Assembly (NCBI GenBank): GCA_943704425.1
Contig: CALSCP010001507.1
Span: 665 to 64,664 of the forward strand
Length of the DNA: 64,000 nt
From: Ministeria vibrans ATCC 50519
Lineage: Eukaryota; Protista; Filasterea
Reading direction: 5' to 3'
Shown here: piece after piece, positions 42,113-57,833 of the stretch
Numbering within the stretch: position 1 is the stretch's first letter
How the letters are laid out: each line of letters begins with the position of its first letter
Notes under the pieces: model-generated
Told to the model about the DNA's origin: nothing
The model's database searches: none
The model's input: the letters and a program-made list of their open reading frames with translations, nothing else
Position numbers and translations under genes: made by a program

Positions 42113-43643
42113 GTTATTATTATTATTATTATTTTTATTAATTATTCTTCTTTTAATTATTTACACTTTTGTATAGATGGCGCTGCGTATCTTTGTCTGA
42201 TGGACCGCAACGCATTTCTCTTTTCCGCTTTCAAGTATTCAGCCACTGAAGTCGGTCTCTCCAATCCAACTGCTCGTTTTGGTCAATCTCTGATCGTCAC
42301 AGGTATCGTATACATTATCTCTCCCATTCCCTTTTTATATTTTTATAATGATTCGATTAGACATCAACTCGGACGGGATCAACGACATTGTTGTGGGTGC
42401 GCCGGGAGAGGAGCTGGTGTATGCGATAACGCTGACGGCCGACCATCGCGTGGACAGTTACTCGAGTGTGTCGAGTGCGCTGGAAGATGCACTTTTTGGG
42501 TCATCGCTGGCAATGGTCCAGCATAATACGCAGCTTGCAGTGGGAATGCCCTATCTCAATGCGTCGGGTGTGCACACGGGTGGTGTTGAAGTGCTTGGTC
42601 TGACGCCTACAGGTGATGCGGACGTGGTGCGCATTGTCGGCGCTAGTTCTTATCCCTTTGAGGCGGATGGGAAAATGGGCACTGCCATGACGAGTGTAGG
42701 GGATGCTGATGGCAATGGCGTCAACGATGTGGTGGTGCTCCATGGCAGTGGTAGCACCGTCAAGGTGTCGCTGTTGTCAATGCTGCGTGACGGCCAAATT
42801 GGAGCGGGCCGCGTTCTCACCGAATCCATTGTGGCCCTCTCGTCGCTGTGTACCCTCGGTGACCACACATTTGACATTGTCGTGGGCGCACCCGCTTCGC
42901 GCACTGGCGGCAGCGTCTACACGATGACTGTGCCGCTCGACGCCTCGGCGAGCTCACTGACGCTGCTCATGTCGGCCGAGTCGCTCATTGAGACAGGCGA
43001 CGAGTTTGGCGCGGCCGTCGCGTCACTGGGTGATGTGGATGGCGACGGCAAGGCGGATCTGGTCGTGGGCATGCCTGGCCGTGATGCTCAGAGAGGCACC
43101 GCTGCCATTATCTTCTCGAGTGGACCGGCCAAGCTTCTTGTTGGTCGTTCCGGGACCACTGCCGAATTTTTTGTTGCTCAAGGAGATCGATTGGGCCTGG
43201 CGCTGGCCGGCCTTGGCGATATTAATGGCGACGGAGTGCCCGACCTGGCTATTGCAAGCAAACATCGCTTGTTTGTCGTGTTTTTCTCGACCAGCGGCAT
43301 TGCTCTTGCCGAGCACATCATCACACCCCTTGAGCTGAGCGACTCAGCGTATCTTACCATTGCCCCTCATCTGTCGCTGGCGGGTCTTGGCGACGTTGAC
43401 GGCAATGGTGTGCCCGACATGGCTCTCGCCGTGCCCGCCACCAACACCGTCATGGTTCTTTCGCTCAGCCGCAGTGGCGCCGTCAACGCACGAGTCTCAG
43501 CAGTGCTTACCAACTCGCTCTATGGCGACTCGGTCGGCGCTTCCTTGGCTCGCCAGTCCGTCGACGATGCCACCTCTGCCTTCTATGCCGGCACTCCTCT
43601 TGCTGCCTCTGGCCAGGGCGGTTTTCTTCTTTTCAAAATGTAA
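40590..43643 (+). CDS. Secreted protein: cubilin-N-like region, coiled coil, 2 EGF, many FG-GAP (integrin-alpha-type) repeats; no transmembrane helix
   Basis: Signal peptide MIRLVIAASLALLSLA; repeated FGxSVAALGDxNxDGVPDxAVGAP; ends GGFLLFKM* without a TM or GFFKR motif. Confidence 0.85.
42023..42140. repeat. (TAT)n intronic microsatellite
   Basis: Visible directly in the sequence. Confidence 0.95.
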
Positions 43644-43724
43644 TTAGTATTTCCCTCGCGTTTGACGTCACAAATAAAATTATTACTCTTTTTTGTGGAG
43701 TGTATGTTCCTTCTGCTTAAATTT

Positions 43725-45120
43725 ACTTTCAGGTGACTTTCATTGATATCTTTGAGTGTCTGTGTACGTACGACAGACGCGTGACAAGCGATAAAGCAGA
43801 CGTCTGCGTCAGGTTTTCTTAAACATTTGTACTTGTACGGCTTATTTTACGTCATCAAAATAGTATAGTAATTATTTCGCATTATGAAATATATAATCAT
43901 AATTATTTGTCAAGCATATTATATACTGCGAAAATAATATATTAATATCATTTCAAACACGCACTAAAGTTAGTATGTAATGCAAAATGCAAATATTAAT
44001 TAAACACAGCTTAATCTGTAATTTCCAAATTTGCCAAACAGTGGCTCGAGGGGTCTGCAAAAGAGGCTGAAAAAGACGGCAAAAAAGGCTGTGAAGGACG
44101 CGCTCAAGAGTTGTACGAGAACCATGTCAAGAAGAATGGGAGGGCGGGTAATGATGCTCCGACCAACGACAATTACTGAGAGAGAGTGAGGTTGTGTGTG
44201 AGTGTAAAAAGAGAGAGTACCAGTATGCGTCATGGCACTTCATGACGCCCCTCTACGGTGGAATTGGTTTCCGGAGGANNNNCAACGACAATTACTGAGA
44301 GAGAGTGAGGTTGTGTGTGAGTGTAAAAAGAGAGAGTACCAGTATGCGTCATGGCACTTCATGACGCCCCTCTACGGTGGAATTGGTTTCCGGAGACATG
44401 AAGAGGAATGATGTTTGTGTTTTTTCTTTCCAAAGAGTGTTTTCAGAGAGTAGAACTCCTGCTCACAGGGCTTCAAAAAAAATATAACTCTTGCTCAACA
44501 ACTTGTGGATTGAGAGGGATGGGTGCCTTGGGTCTTCTCAGTCAGCAATGCTGCTAGTGATAGGCAGTGTTTTTTTTTTTGAATTTTTTTTTTGGAAGTC
44601 CCTAGGGCAAAAGCTTCATTGTACAAGACAATCTATTGAAAATCCTAGGACAGATAGTCAAGACTGAGAGTCTTATGTTGGCTTGTATATACGAAAGTCA
44701 CCTGAAAGATCAATCAAAAAGCCAAATAGTGGCTTAAGTAGTTGATTCACAAGACTTGTGTTGGTGCATAGCGTGTGTTAGTCTTTGTGACTTTATTTGT
44801 GTGTACGGTCGTTTTTTGAAAGACATTAATCAAGACAATCTTCTGACACCGCTCCACCCCCGCATGAAAAGTTTAATTAGAAAAACCTCCCGCATGAACA
44901 TTGTTTGTACAATGAAGCTTTTGCCCTAGAACTTCCATAAAAAAAAAAGAACATTGTGTGTACGGTGTCCTTTTAAATATATATGAAGAGCAACTTCGTG
45001 TAGAGAATGCGCGAGCAACACCAAGTCGGCAAGACAACTTGGCGCGTTCTTTTAAATAAGAGTGAGGAGATAAAAAAAAAGTCTTATGTTGGCTTGTATC
45101 AATGAAAATCACCTGAAAGT
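43725..45120. mobile_element. Putative non-autonomous DNA transposon with 24-bp terminal inverted repeats
   Basis: 43725-43748 ACTTTCAGGTGACTTTCATTGATA is the reverse complement of 45097-45120 with 1 mismatch; an internal second copy of the right end lies at 44670-44708; no intact ORF. Confidence 0.65.
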
Positions 45121-45157
45121 TTAATTAAAATGTGCATTGTGTATTGGGAATGGAAGA

Positions 45158-47038
45158 TTATTCCTTGGGGCCATTGTCCGAGATGTAGCGGAGGAGATCA
45201 ATGCGGGTGACGATGCCAAAGACAACAGTCTTACTAGTGCTGCCGCCCTCGGTGTCAATGGAGCGCTGAGAATGCACGACGACAGCAAAATGGTGCTTGT
45301 CAAGGAGCGCAGACAGATGCGACAGTGTTGTCGAAATGCCAACCTGAACGGGGAACAAAAGTCAGAAAGAGAGAGAAAGAGAGAGAGAAAAGAAACAAAG
45401 TGATATATATATAGAGAGAGAGAAGGAACAAAGTGATAGAGAGAGAAAGAAATGATAGAGAGAGAGAGAAAGAGAGACAAAACAAAGTGTTAGAGAGAGA
45501 GAAAGAAACAAAATGATAGAGAGAGAGAGAAAGACAGAGAAAGAAACAAAATGACAGAGAAAAAAAAATAGAGAAAGCACAAAAAAGCCCAGAGAGAAGT
45601 GCGTGAGTGTGAAAGAGACAAACCTGCTTGAATTCGGTGTAGACGGCCTTTGAGATGGGATCGGACGGCTGAATGCTTTTGGCAATCATCTTCTGCATGA
45701 GAGAACCCTAAAAAACAAACAAACACCGCACAGTCACCACACTGTAACACACACACGAGAGAGAGAGAGAGGGAGAGAGAGAAAGACCGCGATACCTCTG
45801 TGACCATTCCCTTGATGAGACCATCCTGGTCCACAATGGGAACCTGGTCAAAGCCCTCTCGGCCCATAATCTCAATGGCTCGGCTGCACTGCACTTCCGG
45901 AAGGAACGTCAGGGGAGTGTTGAGCTTGAGGTTGGACACTGTGTGCGACGACCACCAAGTTTTCTATTATCAAAGTCACAAGGGCATGGGTGAGTCCACA
46001 CACACACAGACAAACACACGCACTAAATACAGTGGGTACTTACGGACTCGAGCGCAGGCTCTTCGGACGCAATGAAGCCCTTGGCGGCCATCCAGTCGTC
46101 ACTGAGAAACTTGGTCATGTAGTTGCGAACTGAGTCGGCGAGAATGACCACGCAATTCTGGCCCTCCTTGAGGTCCTTGGCAGCCTCGAGGGCCAGGTAC
46201 ATGCTGGCACCCGACGACCCGCCGCACAGGAGGCCCTCCTCACGAATGAGGCGGCGCGCCATGGTGAACGACTCGGGGTCCGACGACTTGTACCACTTGT
46301 CAACATACTTGCGGTTGAGCACCGTGGGAATAAAGTCGTAGCCGGTACCCTCAACCTCGTAGCTCACCGGCTTGTCGTTGAGCGACGCCGGCTGCGCCAG
46401 AATGGATCCGTGGGGGTCGACGCCCACGACGACACACGCAGGGTTTGCCTCCTTGACGCGCATCGCAATGCCCGTAATGGTGCCTCCCGTGCCCGCTCCC
46501 GCAACAACCATATCCACCTTGTTGTCGAGCGAATCGAGAATCTCCGCTGCCGTGCCGTCGTAGTGAGCAATCGGGTTGTAGGGATTGGTGTACTGATCGA
46601 GAATGTGCGATCGTGGAATCTCCGCGTTCAGACGGTTTGCCACGCTAATGTGCGACTCGGGCGCATCCCACGCAGCGCTCGTGGGCGTGCGCACAATCTC
46701 AGCACCAAGTGCGCGCAGCACATTGACCTGTGTGACAGATTATGATTATCACATCACATACACACACACACACATCTATATAGAGATACATTACCTTCTC
46801 CTGACTCATCTTCTCGGGCATGACGATGATGCAGCGGTAGCCACGGACGGCAGCAGCAAGGGCCAGGCCAATGCCGGTGTTTCCCGACGTCGGCTCAATG
46901 AGCGTGTCGCCCGGCTGCAGACGGCCCGCCCGCTCTGCCTCCAGGACCATGCGGTAGCCAATGCGGTCCTTGACACTTCCGCCTGCGTTGAAAAACTCAC
47001 ACTTGGCATCTGCGCGCCAAACACGAGTGTCGCGTGTT

Positions 47039-47069
<31 letters not shown>

Positions 47070-47114
47070 CAGACAGACAGAGGCACACATACACACAAAC
47101 AGTCGTGACGAGAG

Positions 47115-47148
<34 letters not shown>

Positions 47149-47472
47149 GTCATTGACAAATATTTTTGCTCTCTCGATCAATAAGCAAAGAATTAGAGTG
47201 CGCAGAACGGGTAGGAGACAAGCGGCAGTGCCATGCAGGGGGCAGGCAGGACGTGCACAAGGGCAGGGGTTGCGGGAAGAGCGACTGAGACGCAAACGAA
47301 GATAACATTTTTTTTTGTGTTCGATGTCGGTACATAAATTGCACTTGAGGCCGGCAGACGCAGCAATGCGGTTGATTTTGATCAGAGGGGTGTTGCCGAT
47401 GTTCTCGAGGACCGACGAGAGGAGCTTGGGGCGCGGTTTGCTGCGATGGGAGAGAGAGACAGAGAGAGAGGG

Positions 47473-47510
<38 letters not shown>

Positions 47511-47641
47511 GAGTGGAGCGACGGAGCGCACGAGACATCGAATCGGAGGCGGTACAGGTCGAGGTGGACATGCGGGGAGCCCGTGGAGGCGCCGTCGTAG
47601 GCACACGTCCAGGGCTTGTCGGGGCGAGGATTGGAGGCCAT
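45158..47641 (-). CDS. CBS: Cystathionine beta-synthase (heme-binding N-terminus, PLP core, CBS domains)
   Basis: WTCAY...SPHVH; [10 protein letters not shown]; [16 protein letters not shown]; EPTSGNTG; GAGTGGT; [16 protein letters not shown]; GIVTRIDLL. Confidence 0.96.
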
Positions 47642-48143
47642 TGTGCTTGTCTGTGTTTGGGTGTGGAGGGTTGAGTTACAAAAAAGTGAGAATTTAGAAA
47701 ACTATAAGATCCGTTGGATCAGAAGAGACGGAAGAAGATCAGAATCAATTGGACAGAATAAAAAGAGAAGACGAGAATATTGTCTACAACTTCATTACAT
47801 TACAAGCATACTCACATAATATACACAGGTCACTAATAGTGTCTCAAAGGAAAGTTTACAAGACGGGAAAGAGATTTGTATACGAATCGTCGCCTAAAGA
47901 GAAGCACACACCCCAATGAGACAAAGTTTCTTCTTCCCGTGTGTGTGTCGTCACCTTCACAGTCATCAACAGCAAGAGGAAGGATGGGCGGGGGTGGAGT
48001 CACTGTAAAAAGATACCCTAAGAAGCGTAGGTGAGAGAGAGACGGAGGGAGCGACAAACGACAAAGAGGAGGAGTACCGTCGGTGTTGGGAACGCGACAG
48101 CGGAAGAGGGAAACAAGGAGAGAGAAAGGCACAAGAAGAGCCA

Positions 48144-50451
48144 TCAAAATGGTGTACAGGGAAACCTAAGTGTGTGTGTGTGTGTGAGTGGAGAACGTGT
48201 AGGGAAAAGGAGTTGTACCCGGAGATCGGCACAGGAAGGGATGTGGAGGTGGGAGTCGAGGCGGCGGGCGACCCGGGCCCGGAGAGAGAGAGAGTGAGGG
48301 GAAGGAGCGGGTGATGGGGGCATGGGGATGTCAATGTCATTAGAGGGGGGGTAATAAACGGCGGGGGGCTGTGAGGCGGTGGTGGTGGGGGGGTGGAGAA
48401 AGTGGGTGGAAGTAGAAGATTTGAGAACATGTGTGGAGCAGGAAGAGGTGTCGGTGGGTGAAGCGGAAGAGGGCGGACGCACGAGAAGCTCGTCAATGTC
48501 GGATTCCTCGCAGGACAAGAACAATGGGACGTTGTTGTTGGTGGTGGTGGCGGTGGTGTTGTTATTGCGGAGAATGGAGCGGAAGGGCTCGCCGGCGGAT
48601 GTTGAGGCGCACACGCCGGCCGCGTGATCGTACTCGTGCTCAGTGCCCTGGCCCCAACTCACGGACCGATGACTTCTGGAGGGCACGTCGACTGCGGCAT
48701 GGTGGCTCGGAGAGCATGATGGTGATGGTGGTTGGGGTGCGCTGTGATCCGTGGTGTCCCCTTCGAAGGCATGCACGACGACGGTGACGCTGGCGACAAG
48801 CATGCCGGCGAGGGTGCGTCGACTGCTGGACGTCGAGCCCAGGTGCGCGCGCAGGGCCCACAGGTGAGCGGCGGAGCCCTCAAAGGTGAGCTCAACGTCG
48901 TCGGAATTGACGACACAGCTGCCCGTGTGACGCAGGAAGACACCGGCATCGAGCTCACTGCGCTGCCTGGGTCCATGGCCTTCAAATACATCCCAGCACA
49001 AGCAGTCCAGCGACTGGAGCACACTCGCAAGAGACACATCGCCGCGTCCAGTGGTCGGGCGGGTGAGACGCACGGCAAACGCCACACGCTTCCACGGGAA
49101 TAGCGCCACTTGGGTCTCGCTAGTAAGCAGCGGGGCAATGGCACAGCAACCGGCCGCGACCATGTCGGTACGGCGACTGACGGTGTCATGGCCAACGCAC
49201 GGGACGCACACGCAGAGGGGGAGAAGGGTACAGCACTCGCAGGCACGTTGGCGGACGACGTGCTTGTGGGCGAGAAAGGCAAAAAGGGCGCATGCAGAGT
49301 GGCACACGACGGTGTCGTGAAGAGCCGGAATGGCAATGGGAAGGACACGTTCGGAGGGGACGACAGGGTGACAGTGGACAACAGCAGAAGGCATGTGAGG
49401 GGTTTGAAGGTGGGGGAGGGGGACGGAGTGCTCGAGAAGAATATCGCGCATCGACGGTCGAAGGGGCGGAGGCATGTGCAACGGAGCGTCGAGAAATGGA
49501 GAGGGGATGAGAATCACGGGGGGCGCGTCGTTGTCGGGGGAGAGCGGTGCGGGAGCCGGTAGGGGCACAAAGGCGACAATGGCATTGGGGGCATACTCGC
49601 GCGTGACGGCACGCACGGCATGGGCGTAGTAGTCGCTGTCGGGGCTGCTGGAGGAAGCCATAGAGCACTGGGCAAGCAGCACAAACAGACGAAAGGAGGA
49701 CGTGTGGAAGAGACTCAAGTCGACTGTGCTGTCGTGCGCAAGGACCATCTGCCACGATTGAAGCGGACTCGGCTCGAGCTGCAGCGCTCGCTTCAGTGCC
49801 CGTCGCTGGTTCTTGTTCTTGTCCGGGACTACCACCGCCACAAAGCGACTCTGTTCGGCCTCTAGAACCACGCGGGGTATTTGTCTTGCCGCTGTGTCGG
49901 CCGCAGACTCACCAAAAATGAAGTCTCCACTGTTCCTCTGGTTGCTGTTGTTGGGTCGCCAATCGAGTCGTGAGAGAGTCAGCGACGACGTCAATTGGTT
50001 GGTCTCGGCCAACAGGGAGGCACAGCCGGCCCATGACCCAGCAGGAGACGACGAAGAGGGATTGAGAAAGACAGTGCTGATGGCATGCTGGACGGGGAGC
50101 ACAGAGGCAGACGAGGTAGGTGAGAGTACAGTGGTGGTCGTGAGGAGCTGCAGGCTGGGAGACGCAGTGGCTGCACACATGCTTGTGGTTGAAGTTGTTG
50201 TTGTTGTTGTCGTGGTGGTGGTGGTGATGGAGGCGGTTACGGGGGTAGGAAATGGTTCGGAGGCAAATGGATCGACAGCAACGAGGACCTGATCCCAGTA
50301 GGGCTCGATGTCGCTCCTGAGCGTGTCGAGTGTTAGGGTTTCCTTGAGCCCACCGTTGTCGGAGTCATCGACGAGGGTGTCGCCAAGAACAACGGCCCCA
50401 TCAAATACGCGTGCCGCAATGTAAAGAAGGAGCTGGGTGTTGACGCTGGGA

Positions 50452-50494
<43 letters not shown>

Positions 50495-51036
50495 ACCGAC
50501 ATGAGCCGAAGTGCCCCGCTTGGCGTGCCTGCTTGAGAGCCGCGCGAACTTCGCTGAGGCCCACTCGCGCCGAGTCGTCCCAGACGAGCTGACCGGCGGC
50601 CGCAAAGGCCTTGGCGACAATCTGCTGTCTTTGGTGGCGCGGTAACCCCGGGAGCGCGTCGTCCAGTGGCGGTGCAAGGATGAAGTCAAGATCAGCAAGG
50701 GTGAAGTCGGCGAGGACCAGGACGCCAAAGCCGGCGTTGCACAGATCCACCGCGAGGTCACGCGTCGCCAAGGGCACGTCGTCTAGACTCCCAAGCGTCT
50801 CCAGCGAGTCGTACTCGTGCCGTGCGACGATGGCGGCGACACGACGCCCAAAGGTGTCTGTTCCGGAAAAAAAAAAATAGTGTGTCATCACTTGAGCCCA
50901 CCACGAAAATAGGAGGAGAAAACAACACACGACGGCGCAACCATGGCAATGCCACTGCGGAGGGGTTGGGCCTACAGAGGAGCAGGCCGGTCGCAGCAGG
51001 CGCGAGAACAGTTCGGAGCTTACATTCGACAGTCAT
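48144..51036 (-). CDS. Large hypothetical protein
   Basis: About 2.7-kb open GC-rich exon with a probable first exon at 51036; low-complexity linkers; CECCTLLPLCVCVPC cluster; 3' end uncertain. Confidence 0.6.
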
Positions 51037-51484
51037 GCAGCCGAGACGCGTAGCAGACGCACTGCGCGGGTCGCACCAGTGGGAGCGGGGTGTGGACTCA
51101 CAAGGAGCGCGGGTGGAAAGGAGCCAAAAGGGTGATCAGTGATATATTCGCTGTTTAATTGCAGTCATGCACTTTTTTAGTTAATTTTTTTCAAACTCAG
51201 TTCAGTGAAGTGAACGGTAGAGAGACGCCAGTTGGTGAATTTACCTCTTGACGAATGACGAATGATCGTCTGCAAATGGCAAGATTCGTCAGTCTGTCTT
51301 CGAGCGGGTCTGATTTGTCTCTGATTTGCCTCTGATTTAACTTTCATCCGATGAATAATTGTACTCGTGTATACTTCCGACTGATCACTGAAGTGACTGA
51401 CCTGACTCCTCAGTCCTCAGTCCTCAATAACTCCTCATTCTTTTTCAACTTTACTCTCAGCACATTTTCCCATACACTCTCGGG

Positions 51485-53733
<2,249 letters not shown>

Positions 53734-53992
53734 TGCCAATGAAGCAACACTACAATTTTATATAGAACAAAGTCGTCGTTACTTTGTTTTTGTTTTTACC
53801 TTTCATTTCGACCGATACCGCGAGAACGCCACCAACATACCACTGCGTTAGATACTCGGGTCCTCACATCGACGTTCTAACCGCCTGCTCAATTTCACCA
53901 ATGAACTTTGACCACTTTGAACTTAATATAATACACATAAAATATGCGCAGTGCATTATTCAGTTTTAAATCTAGTCACTCTTTTTTTCCTT

Positions 53993-55390
53993 ATGGACAC
54001 CCATGATGAAGCAGCGCCGCCGAAGAAGAGCACGATCAGCGTGGCGGGTCTTGTAATGATCGCCACATGCGTCGTCCTTGTGGTCGTCTCCTCCTTCTTC
54101 CGCGGCGTCTTCTTTGAGCACGGCCCAGGCGAAGAGGTACGCACTGCCACTGCGCTCTCCCTGCCTCCACACGCCTCACCGCCGTCACGCAGGCCCCCAT
54201 TCCCCCCTATCTCTTCACCTATGTCAATACGTCGGGTCTGGCAGTGTATTTATGTGTCGTGCTTTGTCGGGGCGATCAAACCAAAGAGGTACGCACAGCG
54301 CACAAACGACTCTCTGCCACGCTCGCCCGTCTCAACGCCGTAGAAAGCACCCAAAAGCATCGCAGAGCTCATGCGGATTGGTGTGATCACGTGTCCGTGG
54401 TACTTCCTGATGGCTGCGACGTACAACTTCTCTCTGGAGTACACCAGTGTCTCTGATGCAGTCACAGTACGTGTCCGTCAATGCACTGCCATTGAACTGA
54501 TTGTCTTGCCTCGCTTGCCCAAATAGGGCTCCATGACTACGCCCGTGTGGACGTACGTCTTGTGCGTCGGGATATTTCGTAGGTACGTGGACGCTTTTCC
54601 GATTGAGAAAGTCTGTTCTCACACGATCACACCGTCGTATACCCCCTTTGCGTCACACCCCATGGCAGTGAGACATTCTCTTGGCGCAAAACCGCGTCGG
54701 TCATTGTGTGTCTACTGGGCGTCCTCATCGTGGCTATTAGTGACAGCCAGGCAGCATCAGTGGAAGCGGCGGCAACCGTACGGAACAGCACGCTCGTGAG
54801 CAGTGTGATGGCGAGCGAAGAGGAGAGTGCCAGTTCGGTGTTGATGGGCGACGCCCTGGCCATTGCCAGTGCTATGTGCATGGCCACGTACACTGTCATC
54901 TCCAGTCGTGCCATCCCCGACGCATCGCCGCGACAGACCGCTGTCATTCTGGGCTTCTTGGGCGTCACTGCCCTTGTCATCGGCTTCTTTGGTTTGGGCG
55001 TGTGCCACATGAGCGGAATTGAACCTTTACGGATCCCTCCAAAGAGACTCTTTATCTTTGTGCTTGTTCATGCGGGTATGCAAAAACCAAAAGAAACCCC
55101 GAGAAACAAAAACAACAAACCCGAAAACACCAATTTTTTTCTCACTGACTGGCCAACTGACTGTGTCTGTGTGTTGCTTAGCAACGTACACTCCATCCTT
55201 TGTGTTCCTCGTGACGTTTGCGAGCTCCCTAACATCGCCGCTAGTCGTCAACGCAGGGCTCGTCATGACCATCCCCGTCTCTGTCATTGTGGACTCCTCC
55301 CTGCACCACGCACTCCCCGAGCCAGGCGCACTCCTAGGAAATGCCCTCTGCGTTGTCGGCTTCATCACCCTCTTGCGTGCCTCAGCATAA
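53993..55390 (+). CDS. SLC35F/EamA (DMT superfamily) transporter
   Basis: WYFLMAATYNFSLEYTSVSDA; GDALAIASAMCMATYTV; LTSPLVVNAGLVMTIPVSVIVD; multiple TM segments. Confidence 0.85.
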
Positions 55391-55491
55391 CAACCACTTC
55401 AATTGATTGTACATACCACTCACACACACACACACACACACACATACAGACACAAAGACAGACAGACATACAGACAGACAGTTCGTTCAGA

Positions 55492-57263
55492 TCAGAGCTC
55501 CTTCAGCAACTGCGACGCAATGACCACCCGCTGAATCTCACTTGTCCCCTCGTAAATCTCGGTAATGCGGGCGTCGCGGTAGTGACGCTCTGCCGGCATC
55601 GTCGACACATACCCCATCCCTCCCAGCACCTGAATCGCCTGGTGTGCACAGAACGTCGCTGCTTCAGACGCAGCCAGCTTGGCCATGGCCGCCTCCTTCG
55701 TAAATGGCTCTACCACCAAGATACATCGCAAAATGAGGGGTGCCACACAAAAATCGATGTTGATGTGGCTTACTTCCGGCGTCCTTGAGCCCCGCTGCAC
55801 GCCACGTCAGAAGTCGAGCCGAGTCCAACCGCACTGCCATGTCTGCCAACTTGAACTGAATTGCCTACGCACAACAAACAGACGGAGAAAGGAAGGAGAA
55901 AGAAACAAAGAGATAAAAAGAGAGAAGTAAGAAACAAAGCGAGGTAGCGGGTGACTCAAGCGTCACTTTCAGACCCAACTGTGTACCTGCAGCTTTGCAA
56001 TGGGGTTGCCAAAGGCAATGCGCTCTGTGCTGTAGCGGAGGGCACAATCGAGTGCTGCCTGTGCAATGCCCAGCCCCTGCGCCGCAATCCCAATCCGCCC
56101 ACTGTCCAGCGTTGCCATGGCAATCTTAAACCCATCTCCTGCCCGTCCCAGCAGATTCTCCCGAGGAATCCGTGTCTCTTCAAACGTCAACGTCACCGTC
56201 GACGACGCCCGGATCCCTATGCATTGCATTGTAAGTCACGTCCAATTTCGATGTTGTGCGCGTGCGTGTGTGTGTGAGCATCTACCTAGTTTGTCTTCCG
56301 GTTTGCCCAATGTCAGTCCCTCAATGGGCTTCGGCACTAGAAAGGCACTGATTCCTATATAATGCAACCCACCCCCCCAATTCTTTTTACATCCTACTCA
56401 CTGTTTTTATGCTTTTAATTTACCTTTGTGCTTCATTGACTTGTCGGTCGTGGCAAACACTACTGCCGCACTCGACTCAATCCCATTTGTGATCCATGCC
56501 TTGTCGCCGTTTAGCACATACTCATCCTATGTCACACAATATAACATTAGCAAAGTGTACAATCTAGTTCATGTCCCTCTCTTGCTACGCCCCCCTCTCT
56601 GTTCTTGTGCGTAGTAACTGCTCACTGGCTTACCCCTTCAAGGCGCGCTGTTGTGTTGGCAGCACCCGCGTCACTGCCATTGCCACTCTCGCTCAGCGCA
56701 AAGCATCCGAGCTTCTCGCCCGACGCATACGGCACCAGAAACTCCGCCTTTTGGGCCTCCGTCGCATTCTTCAGCACGGGGCCGACGTAGAGACTGCAAG
56801 CAAAAGGACAAGGGTCAGCGCCGCACACGACGGCGACGGGCACGCGCGCACCTGTTGTGTGCGCTCATGATGACGCCGGCCGACGCGCATCCTCGCGAGA
56901 TCTCCTCCATTGCAACCGCGTACGACAGGTAGTCCATGCCGGCCCCTCCATACTCCGTCGGCACATCGATCCCCATCAGCCCAAGCTCGCCCATCTTTGC
57001 AATGGCGTCCGTTGGAAACCTGAAATGCAGTCGGTCAAAAAAAATTTCACGGGACAATTTTTGTGCTTTGTTGGCTGCGCTCACTGGTGGTTCTTGTCCC
57101 ACTCGGCAGCATTAGGCTTGAGCTCCTGCTCAGCAAAGTCGCGGCACATGTCGCGCAGCTGCTGTTGGGTTTCGGGCAGAGCGCCGAAGACGTCGCCGGC
57201 GGACGTGCTCATGCGCCGCATTGGGCCCCCCAGCCTCGATCCAGCTCGCAAAGCAGACAGCAT
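55492..57263 (-). CDS. ACADS: Short-chain acyl-CoA dehydrogenase, mitochondrial
   Basis: [13 protein letters not shown]; [10 protein letters not shown]; KLGIRASST; [11 protein letters not shown]; [21 protein letters not shown]; presequence-like N-terminus. Confidence 0.95.
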
Positions 57264-57564
57264 CAATGATTCGTATTATTGGTGTTCGGAACAAAATGAA
57301 TTTGTTTAAATTAGTGATCAATAATTATTGATCATTTTTAAGAATTAAGGTCCTTCCTTTGAGGATACTTCCACTCCTTTCTCTGTGCCACTCTGATAAG
57401 TCTGTGGAGCATCACGTGTGGTCTATTGAAGTTTAAGCGATACAACCTTTCTTGATTCTTCTGCAGCTTGAAAAGTAGCTCCGCGCTGTTTGTTTGGGTT
57501 GTCACTTTTCGTTTGATTGCAAATAAATTGGAAATTCAATTAATCAAGTCACACACTTCTCTTG

Positions 57565-57792
57565 ATGACTACCCTTGGTGACATTGGAGCGGCGGTGATT
57601 CCTCGCCACTTGGATGCCGTCCAGGACTGGCCTGGCGGCAGCGTGTGTACGTCATGCAACTTCGCGTACGGCATTGCCTTTGGCGCTCTCGAAGCACTCG
57701 TCTTGCACGCCATCGGGACTGCCCTGGCCAAAGGGCTTCGGCGGGGCCGTGTTGGGACTCCGCCTTTCGTTCTCACCACCACCAACAACGCC

Positions 57793-57833
<41 letters not shown>

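Noticed and set aside
40590-43643. Integrin alpha subunit
   Set aside because: No thigh/calf domains, transmembrane helix or GFFKR tail
44164-44395. About 113-bp direct repeat
   Set aside because: The copies sit on either side of an N gap, typical of an unmerged contig overlap
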